Positions 53,952-64,000 of a stretch of DNA of 64,000 bases are shown piece by piece. The translations under genes and the position numbers were made by a program. Under the pieces are notes generated by a model. That model made no database searches. It saw only the letters and a list, made by a program, of their open reading frames with translations, and was not told the origin of the DNA. Origin of the DNA: Auanema rhodensis. Lineage: Eukaryota; Animalia; Nematoda. Numbering within the stretch: the stretch's first letter is position 1; every line of letters starts with the position of its first letter. The stretch covers positions 14,260,001 through 14,324,000 of the forward strand of contig OZ059894.1 in NCBI GenBank assembly GCA_964057225.1. Direction: 5' to 3'.

Positions 53952-54945
53952 TCAATCATATCTTCTCATATAAGGTCTTTCTTCCATATGCGAATAGCGG
54001 AAGTTGTGATCAGGTGGGCCATATCGGTTATCATATTGTCTTTGAATTGGTTCAAAAGCAAAGGGAAAGTTTGGGAAATGTTGAGCTAATATAAATTTCG
54101 ATTCTTCTCTTAGAATTGATGACATAGCATCTGTCAATTCCTGAAATTATGAAGAAAATGCCACGTGATATGGTACAGTCATTCGCTTACCCTGGTCCTT
54201 TCAGCTGCTTCTTCTCGATTATCAACAGGCTGTTCATCAGACCATTCTTGTCTTCGAAACATTTTGTTATAACGATATTCACGAGGTTCCATTTCACTAC
54301 TCATATCCATATATGGAGGCTATAATAAAGTTTCTTTTCGTTTTCAAAGTTAGTTAAGAAACCTTATTGACGTATTTAGCTGGGGACTTTCTAACATCAT
54401 GAAATTCATTTGGATAAAGTATACCTTCTTTCGATTGTCCATTTATATTATCTATTTTATAAATAATTATATAATTATATAAAATAAAATAATTACCGTA
54501 TTTCCAATGAACTATGGGATTTTTACCTTTTATTGGATCATATTCATATCTGTATTCAATGGTATGCCCAAAAGCTTTTGGTCTTTCCAAAGCTAAATAA
54601 ATAAATTTATATTTTAAATAAAAATATTTTAATTAATATTATAAAATAAAATATTTATATATATATATAAATAAATATTTATTTTTACTATATCATATAA
54701 ATAACAAGATTTATATTAAAATTATAAATTAATGTATATACTATGAATGCATTTGGAAAAACGTTCATTCATCTTAACTATAAATAGCAAAATCAGTAGA
54801 ATTATTTGCAAAAATATGAAGAAAGTATCAACTTTATGTTTTTTTCCCCATATAATACTAAAAATAATACTCAGATAAACTAACCTGTGACAGTAACAGC
54901 CGCTAGAAGAGAAAGACCAAATAGCTGTAGTAGTGAGAGCCACAT
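53952..54945 (-). CDS. Secreted orphan protein (Y/R/E/P-rich), 5 exons
   Basis: TTTTCAG trans-splice acceptor, signal peptide MWLSLLQLFGLSLLAAVTVTA, and in-phase exons through LERPKAFGHTIEYRYEY... to ...EERPYMRRYD*. Confidence 0.75.
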
Positions 54946-55599
54946 AGGCTGATGTTTTGTGGCTTTTTTCCCTGAAAATTCATATTCTTATATACAAGAA
55001 TGATTTGGGTCAGTCAAATGATGGGCCATTACATTAACGAAAAAGTTGTCGCTGATGGAAGGTAGTAGCTTTTAGAATTAAAAAAAAACATTTGAATATC
55101 CAGATGATGGTCAGAATAGTTAAATGTAATTGTATTGAAACTAGCTTGTAGTTTTCATTTTTTATAATTTAAATAAAAGTTTGTTATCTTTAGTATAATA
55201 TATATATGTTGTATATATGTATATAGTTATAAGATATAGCAATAACACTAAGACTTTTACTTGTAGTAACAGTACTACTACTACTATTTATAAAATAATA
55301 ATATTTATATATTATATTTTAATTATTATATATATGTATATACATATAATTATATATATTTATAATTATATACAATAAATAATTAATTATAGGTAATGTT
55401 ATTGAGAAAAAAACGTATTTTTTCATATTTCTTACAATTGTAATTTGAAAATTATTATTATTATATTAACGATTTATTGATGAATATTCATAAAAAATAC
55501 AATTTTTAATGATTAAATGATAAATAAATTTATTTTAAAAGAAAAAAAAAGAAAAATAAAGAACATCTAAGTTATTTTTATTTTGCTTACAATACAAAT

Positions 55600-57629
55600 C
55601 TACATGACTTTAACCTTTTCATTAGATATTGTGGTATTTGATTTTAGTGGCTCAGTTGATGGTAATGTTTGATTGGCCATCTTTGAATCGGTTTCCTCAA
55701 GAACTGGCTGGTTTCCAGATGCTTCTGGCTCTTCTTCCTTGTTGCCTTCTGAGCTTTCAGTGGAATCCCAAGATCCATTCCCCAAATGTTCGCTGTTGTT
55801 TGGATGACGACCATCGGACCCCATATTCTGGAACATACATTTAAATTAGAAAAAAAATAAAAAAGAAAAAAGAAAAAAGAAATGAAACTGGAATATCTTT
55901 CTTAAAAACTATAATAAAACTTTCATTTGAAACATATAATTATAAAGTTGTTAACATACTTTTGAAATGCTGCTATCCTCTTTTCCATTTTTCGCATTGG
56001 CTCGATCATTTCGTCTTCGTAAATCGGACTGTGAATATAGTTTTAGAATAAAAAATTTCAAGTGGAAGAACATAGCTTGATAGAATAAATGGAATGAATT
56101 CAAAAATCTACCTCGTATTGTTGTTGCTGTGTATCGTTAAATCCAGATTTGGAAAGCTCATCATCGGCATCGGACTAAAACAACAAGATATTAATACAAT
56201 TCTTTGTTATTTTTACTATTTTTATCTTTTAAATTCATAAATAGTTTTTCATTAATTTTAATCTTTTAACATTTGTTAAAAAGAAGCACTTACTAAAGAA
56301 ACCTTTCTATTCGGTTCTGGTTTATCCATGAATTTTTTCTCAGCACTTGATTCCTCAAATAAATAAAAAATATTTTTTTTCTTTTCAAACTAAAATTTTA
56401 CATCATGTGTGTCCTGGGTTTCAAATGGTCTGAAGTGCTTGCGGGATAATGGCTAAAGAAAAAAAATTATTTCTTCGATTAAAATTTTTTTTCTTTTCTT
56501 TCCAAAAAAAAAAAAACAAACTCTATGACGTGGTCGGTATGGCCTATGGGAATCAAATTTTTGAGATTTCTCTTGAAATGGGGATTCAAACTAAAAAAAA
56601 TAATTTTTTCTTACATATTCTTGATCAGGAATCTTACACGTTCTGAAGGGAAATCTTCATAATCTTCGTTAGATGATTGCCGTTCAATATTCTCTTCTCG
56701 AAATGGTCGAGCATGACGAGGAGCCCATGGCATCTGATTTCGATGTTGATGCCTATTGATTTTAATTTTATTTCTACAGATTTCATAGATTTTTCTTACT
56801 TTCTTCCATTTTGGCGCTGGGAGTAGTTATCTCTCATAGGAAAACGGAATTCTGGAATTATTTGATGAAAAAGAAAACAGTTTTGAATTGTACCTTCTGG
56901 AATTTCATGCATGAACTCTGGATAAGGCCTTCTTGATCCATGACGATATGGAGTTCGATTACGAGAAGCATTCTCAGTTTCTGAGTCATCAACATCAACA
57001 TTTTCCTTATTTTTTCGTTTTGGGTAAGGATTTCCTAATGAAATTATTTCCTTTTCGGGTTTTTCTGATGATTTTTCTCTGTGATTGTTATCAAAGTCGT
57101 TATCATAGTCTTCATGAGTAGCTTCATCAGATTCAAAACGATCTTCTGGTTGGATTTGTGGCTTTCGTCTTGGTGCCATTCGACGCTTCTCAGGATAGAT
57201 ACCGGCAACCATATGCATATCAACACCTACTATTTTGGCTTTTCGTCCTTGGGGATCTCTTGACTGTTCAGCTCCAGACTGCTCGAATCCACGTCCAACC
57301 GGTCTGGAAGAATCGGTTTCCAATTCCCGATTCCTGATCGGACGTCGTTGAAAATCCTCCTCTTGTCTTTCTTGCTGTTCATCATCTTCGTAATCCTGAG
57401 GACGATCACGGTATGGTCTTCTTTCTTCATATCCATCTAAATGATTTCGAAACGGAGTTCTACTACTATATTTTGGACTAAGATCCGAACGATATCCATC
57501 TATAATATTAAGAATTACATAGAACATTGTTAAATATTTTTATTTTTTATAAATGAACGTACCCAAATTTTGAGCTGAAATGCTCAATACAATAGCATTA
57601 ACAGCCAGAAAAATGATGAAGAATATCAT
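55600..57629 (-). CDS. Secreted, highly charged low-complexity (R/E/D/P/S) orphan protein, about 10 exons
   Basis: Signal peptide MIFFIIFLAVNAIVLSISAQ spliced in frame to the long exon in ORF 56796-57527, then further small exons, ending in ORF 55600-55836. Confidence 0.78.
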
Positions 57630-58919
57630 CGTTAGACAGCAATGTCTGGAGAATTGACCAAGAGATTCTTATGTAGTGCAGAAACCGGAGGAACAACATC
57701 GTTCATCATTATTATGAACATTCGAATAGCCTATGCTGAATGATTTTTTTGTTTTTTCTTTTTAAGAAAATCTGGTTCAACATCACATTTGATGTGCAAC
57801 AAACATCAGGATATTTGATATGAAATAATCTAGAAGGATGCACATTATTCATAGAATATCTATAAATAATATATGATATAGTATATAATGATATTATATT
57901 CTTTATATTAATACTATATATATTAATTTAAATATAGTTAATTCTTATTATATATAATCCATTATATGTTTCTTTTTAAATTTTTTTTTGTTCTAATCAG
58001 ACTATAACAAAAATGGAAATATGAAGTTCTAAATGTAGTTTTCAAAATAGAACCAGGCTTACAAAGCTTCATGTGGTCATAACCAAAGTGTATAGATTAT
58101 ATGAGTAATATCCGATATCTTCATGACACAGCTCTTTGATTATGAAAGCCTTCGTACAATCTCAAGTATGTAAAGCATTAATTTCAGGTTAGATCAAGTT
58201 ATTTTGATAACAATGTATAAATCTGATTCAGGAGAAATTCTGAAACTTTGTTCTCTGATTATAAACTTTTGGATGAAAGTTCTGTGGTATGTAAGCTTAT
58301 AGATGAATTACTTTGGATACATATGTATATGAATTATTTAAAATTATTCACAAATTCAATAAATTGTCGATGTCAATGTTCAAAGTTTAAATAAAAAAAG
58401 TATAATTTTATGAAAAACAAATATAAAATCAATTAAAAAGTTTATTATAATTATTATTTTATATAATTTATAATACAAAGATTATAATGTATTCAATTTC
58501 TATGTGATATATGTATATGATTATACATCTGATCATGTAGTGCTTTAATAAAACAAAAATATGAATATTTATATTAATATTATTAATATAATTAAATAAA
58601 TTATATTAATACAATCGATTAATTATAAAAATATTTAAAGAAATGTTTTCTTGTGATACATCAATATTTTGTTTAATCAATCAGGTATTAAAGATACTAA
58701 TAGTAAAAAAAGTTTATAAAAATTCCAAATAAAATAAAAAGATTGAAGATTAGATAAATTATGAAAAATATATAATTTTATAATTCAAATAATTATAAAT
58801 ATTCAATTATAATAAAGCATAGAAAAATTTATTAGAAAATCAGACATATTTCACCTGGATGTGAAGAAATGAAATTTCATTTTTCATTTTCAAAGTTGTT
58901 AAAACCAAAATCTTAAAAT

Positions 58920-60391
58920 ATGAAATATTATTTCAAGATAACTATACTGTTTATATGTATATCTATAACTTATGCTATTCAATGCTATAGATATTCAAGT
59001 TCTCAACTTATGTATAATGAACCCGCGAATGCTTGTAATGGAGATTACTGTGGCTTAACACGTAGTTTGAATGGAAAAGCAGAAGAGCAAGTACTTAAAA
59101 TATTTTCTTTTTTTAAATTTTTATTAATATTTTATATTTGTAGTTTTGTATAACAGGTATATCTAATATACAATTAGGTTGTGAATCAACATATGATGAT
59201 TCAATATTCTGTATATGCAAGTATAATTATTATTTTTTATTATTTTATTAAAAAAATTATAAATTTTAGAAGTAATTTATGCAATACAGATGGATATGTA
59301 CGTAGTACAACCATAAATGCATTGTCTACTAAGCCATGTTATTACAATGATTTAGTTGGATCAAGAGAAATAACTATAAGAGCTGATTGTTTCTATACAC
59401 ATGAAGAATTTTATGATGAAAAAGTTTAATTATATGAATATAGTTAGTAATTATGAAATTCAATGTTTTAGATGTCAACTGAAAGTTATCCAGATTATAG
59501 AGAATTATTTACTGTAAGTTAACATATACATACATTTACTTGGGCACGATTCTCAATTTCAAAATCAAAATCTTGAAATTATCGAAAGAAAAGCAAAATC
59601 GATAGTCGCGCCCAAGTATGTAAGTATACATATAATTCAAATATTTTATTTTAGCTTCCAATCTATCATAATGACATCTATTTACCTGATATACCATATT
59701 CTGATTCTTGCTATAGTTATTCTTTCAACTCTAATACATATACAATATCCTGTCGATGTTCTTGGGTATAAAATATTTTTATATATAAATTTCAAAATTA
59801 ATATAATTTTAGAAATTATGTAATAATAAACAACCATTTGAAATACAAAAGGGAAAAACTAAATGTTATTTGAATAATATTAATGGAAGTAATCGTAAGA
59901 AATAATTGATTCATTATTTCAATCTTCTATTTCAATTTTTTTTAAAGAACAATATTGTTATGGTAAATACTGTGCTATACTTTTCTATAGTGCACATTCA
60001 ATTCTTGGATGTATTGATAGTCAAGAAGAAGGATTACTTCGTTTAGAAGTAATAAAATATATTTTTTCTTTTATTTCTAAAAATCTTCTTCATAATATTA
60101 GATTGGACTTGTAAGCATGAGAGATAGAAAATTATATTTATGTAATACAGATCTTTGTAATTATGATTCTACTACATCATTACGATCTGTTGACGAATTT
60201 AAAAGATCTTCAAACTATGAGGTTTTATTATAAATTATTATATTTTTACTTATTAATAATAATTATTTTAACAGAGTTATAGACAATCACTTATCTATGT
60301 ACCTAAAGTACGTCATGAAGAAGATTCATATATTGCATCAATACAGTATAATATATTTATTTATATCATTATAATATTATATTTTCTTTAA
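58920..60391 (+). CDS. Cys-rich extracellular protein with about 3 repeated three-finger/Ly6-like modules, probably GPI-anchored
   Basis: Signal peptide MKYYFKITILFICISITYA then IQCY. Modules CNGDYC...CICKSNLCN, CRCSW..CN and CYGKYC...CNTDLCN. Hydrophobic C-terminus YNIFIYIIIILYFL*. Confidence 0.75.
59537..59618. mobile_element. Tiny MITE-like inverted-repeat element inside an intron
   Basis: TACTTGGGCACGA ... TCGCGCCCAAGTA termini, GC-rich within an otherwise almost pure AT intron, with TA at both ends. Confidence 0.6.
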
Positions 60392-60603
60392 ATAAAACTT
60401 TAATTATCTAAATTTATTATATATTTTACCATAAAATATATTTATATATACTTTAGGACTATGATATGAAGTCTTTCAACTATGTTTATTTATTTTTATA
60501 TTCTAAATATTTTTATAAAATAATAATTTATTATTTAAATTCTTAAATCCTATTTTATGAATAAGAATATTATAAATAAGAATATAACCCGTTAAATAAA
60601 TAT

Positions 60604-61957
60604 TTAATTATAATTTAATGATTTTAAAACAGATAAAGCACTTATTTTATTTGTTATATTTGTTGTAGAATAAATACATTTAAGAGCTTCTTTAACCTAT
60701 AATATAATAATAATATTTAAATATATTTAATAAATTAATTATTACCTCTTTATTAAAAATAAAATAAACTGAAGAATTAATAAAACAGTTTATAGATATA
60801 CTTATTGGAGCTAACATAAACCAAACAATTTCAATTGAATCAGTATTGAATAAGTATAAAGATCGAAAGAAAACCCAGCTAAATATACGAGATGCTGAGA
60901 TCAAAAAAAACCGAATAGCATACCTGAAATAGAAAGAATTTGAAAAGTTTTATCTTTCTTTCTAACCCTATTCCCCTCTCTTTCTTAACATGTATGTATA
61001 TATACATATACATACATATGTATACTTACTTATATTCTTTCTTTCTTCGTTTATTACGCTCACGATCACTTAAAGAAGCATTTTTTCCTGTTTTCTGAAT
61101 ATAAATCATAATCTGAAATAAGATGAGAATATAGTAATTATATATTATATATATATATATTATATATAAACATACGGAAGTATAACATATAATACTTATT
61201 ATTGAAGCAAGAATATCATATGGTAAATCAATATATAAATCAGAATAATTAGTAATTCCTTTTATTACAAGATGTGAATAAGAAAATATTTCTTGATCAA
61301 GAACAATCCTTTAAATATTTCTTTATTTCTTAATAATTTATAAAAAATTCTATACCTGCAACATGGCACAAGAGATTGAGCTACAACTGTCAGAACAATA
61401 TTTGCAAAAATTAAAAATAAAGTTGTATTTCTTACAAAAATAAATGTAAAAATATTATATCGAGGAAAACATACTACAAATAATCTGAAATATACTTTAG
61501 AAACTTAAATATAAGTTAATGAATTAACCTATTTATTGCCATAAATATAGTATTTGATTGACCACAATACCAATAACAAACGAACATTTTTGAAATAGCC
61601 AAAAGCAATGAATCATATCGTCCTTCAGAAAATATATAACTCTTGAAAAATATTATTATTTTTTATATTTTAATATTAAATTTTAATAAAAAATAAAATA
61701 CATTTAATATGTAGGATGGTATAATATATGTTAATGCTAAAGTTAAAAAAATAAGATCAACTGTAGTATCACTTAATGATATTATATAGATTGGTGATGT
61801 CTTTTTTCTTAAATATTATTTATTATAATAATAATTTTCAATTTATAACATACTTTAACCCCAAATAGGCTAGAGGATATAATATAATAATATCCAGAAT
61901 TAAAGATATTATAGAAAATAATGTAAATATAAATATAAGAATATATTTAAGTATCAT
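60604..61957 (-). CDS. Nematode 7TM chemoreceptor (srx-like)
   Basis: Hydrophobic exons: ISLILDIIILYPL...KKTSPIYIISLSDTTVDLI, MAINRLFVV, RYAIRFFLISA, and FINSSVYFIFNKE. Splices in frame. Confidence 0.78.
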
Positions 61958-62301
61958 ATTTTATATTAAAAATTTATAATAATAAACTATATTAATAATA
62001 ATAATAATAATAATATAAATAGTTATATAAGGATGTATATTCTTTACTTGTTGCAGTACCGCCTCTTTAAATTTTTATATAATAGATTGTATATGTATGT
62101 AATATATTTTAACTATAATTACATTATATGATTATTTTTTTCATATAAATAGAATATTTTAATTAAAAAAAGATCAAATAGAAAGTATTTTATAACATAT
62201 ATAGAATATTAAATATACAACAAATCAATTTACTTTATAATATTATATTACACTTAAACTGTACAAGATATACGAAATACCTCCCCCCCCCTCTATAAAT
62301 A

Positions 62302-62815
62302 CCGGGTGGGTGAGAAGTATGTGTCGCTCTTTAAATTGAATATTTCAATAAAAAAAAGTTATTTTAACATCAAACTTTTTTATTAAAAAGACTATTATGT
62401 TATAAATAAAGTTTAGAAATTATGCTTAAAATGGTGGTCTTTTTCTTTTAGTTACAGTAATTAATCCCTTTTTGAAATTATTGTGACGGTTGATCACAGG
62501 TACTCTTCTTCTATTCTTTCTATTCCCATGTTTTACACAAAGCTAGCTTCAGAGGTTTCAAAGAAATAATATGTTACTTCTCTATTTTTGATTGAAGTAA
62601 TTCCCAAGCATAATAGTCCATTCAGACGAGCCATACCAACATGGTGTGAAGAAATTCTTAGAATTTGGAAGAGCGATTGATTTAAAACACTTGTTGTATT
62701 TAATTGTATTGAGAACATACATAACTATAATTTTATAAAAATCTGTAATTTTTTAAACTAATAACTCTTATAAAATAATTTTGTAAAAAACGACACATAC
62801 TTCTCACCCACCCTG
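62302..62815 (-). mobile_element. Decayed, internally deleted Tc1/mariner-superfamily element (maT/DD37D-like)
   Basis: 25-bp TIRs C[C/A]GGGTGGGTGAGAAGTATGTGTCG flanked by TA. Stop-riddled C-terminal transposase remnant MDYYAWELLQSK...LKLALCKTWE...EEYL...KEKDHHF. Confidence 0.85.
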
Positions 62816-62821
62816 TATATA

Positions 62822-63015
62822 CAGTCGTGTCCGATGAAAGTCGGATGCTCACTAGAAACCCTTATATCTTTTCATACAAACTACAACTTTTCAGAAAAAA
62901 AGTTTTTTTGAGTATTAAAAACGATAATGAATTCAGAAAAAATTTTAAAAAATCAATTAATCGTTTTGTGGGGCCTTGTGAGTTGTAGGTGTCCAACTTT
63001 CATAGCACATGACTG
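62822..63015. mobile_element. Tc1-like MITE (194 bp)
   Basis: Imperfect TIRs CAGTCGTGTCCGATGAAAGTCGGA / CAGTCATGTGCTATGAAAGTTGGA with CAGT termini and TA flanks. No coding capacity. Confidence 0.8.
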
Positions 63016-64000
63016 TACATAGTTAACCTCATGTTCAATTACAGTAATATTGAATATAATATTGAATAATATTTATATAATTATGTTTTTAATTTAAATT
63101 TATAAGAATATATCTGTTTTTTGATTTTTTATTTTGATAAATATTCAACATGATTCATTGATTCTCTATCCCAGAAGTATTTACTAGCAGTTGATCGATG
63201 TCTTTTCTCTTAAATTTCTAAAAAAATTTAAACAAAAATCAAATAATGAAAATGTAAACAAGTGATTGAAAAAGGAGAAATATTCATTATTCTTAGAATT
63301 TCTTAATTTTCTAGAGATTTGTCCTCTCTTTATCTTTATCCCAACTCGTTTAATTCATAATTGATCATTCTTTGATAAAGATTTATAAGATTAAGACTGA
63401 CTGATGACATAGTTATGTATAGTTATATATCTTAATTAACTAATCATTATTATTTTATTTGTTTATAAAATATAAAAAAAGAAAATAGATAAAACTTTCA
63501 TTTATAATTAATTATGTTAATCTCTTTGAGTTTCAAATTATTTGTTTGTCATTTTAAGAAAATATATAAGAAACCGCATAGTTTGAGCATAGATAATTGA
63601 TACAATATGTAAAAAAGAAAATAAAATAAAGTGAAATAATTGAAATGAGAAACACCAGTATAACATGGAATATTGATGAAAGAAAATGAAAAAAGATTCA
63701 TAATTCATCAGATGACATTGGGAATGACTGTACAAAGGAATTGAATAAATATGTTATATAAAATGTAAAATAACAATACAATCAAAAAAAAAAGAGAAAA
63801 CAGAAAAAAAAGTCTAATTTATACTTTTCTATCTAATATTTAATTATCAAATATTATTGAGAATACCTGAAGTATGAAATAAACTGCGAAAAATTAAGCA
63901 TCACTTGATGACGCTATCCTAGATTTTTTTTTCACTAACTATATATTAACCCATAATTTATGTGATATGCTAGGAAAAAGTTATAGTTATGCATATAGTA

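Noticed and set aside
54722-55600. Joining the two secreted genes into one gene
   Set aside because: Splicing from GAAAAG|GT into the acceptor near 54972 hits a stop, while the downstream gene has its own ATG and signal peptide.
1-64000. CRISPR arrays, rRNA, SL RNA genes, TTAGGC telomeric arrays, genetic-code reassignment
   Set aside because: None seen. All conserved genes I assembled translate cleanly with the standard code and GT-AG introns.

Overview
AT-rich eukaryotic genomic DNA, most likely from a rhabditid (clade V) nematode. The evidence is very short GT-AG introns (mostly 40-55 nt), TTTCAG/TTTTAG acceptors, outron-type trans-splice acceptors just before ATGs, and operon-like gene spacing. 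The supplied ORF track is mostly exon fragments or noise, so I assembled gene models by hand. In order, the window holds: (1) a 3-exon 64-aa microprotein gene (1078-9637) absent from the ORF track and ending in a PP2A-B56-type M-x-x-I-x-E motif; (2) two head-to-head operon-like clusters, BSDC1>rpb-9>lmtr-2 on minus and dcs-1>fre-1 on plus; (3) a Q/N/Y-rich, probably GPI-anchored protein; (4) an extremely AT-rich block with a TSSK-like kinase, a deleted mariner and a MATH/BTB-like gene; (5) a lipl-type acid lipase; (6) a large conserved uncharacterised gene (DUF7153-like) with three alternative first exons; (7) an UNC-93/MFS transporter downstream of a small mitochondrial membrane protein; (8) gcst-1; (9) two secreted RPY-rich orphan proteins; (10) a Cys-rich, probably GPI-anchored protein; (11) an srx-like chemoreceptor; (12) several Tc1/mariner relics and MITEs. 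I found no tRNA, rRNA, CRISPR array or telomeric array. Family assignments come from motif recognition, not database searches.
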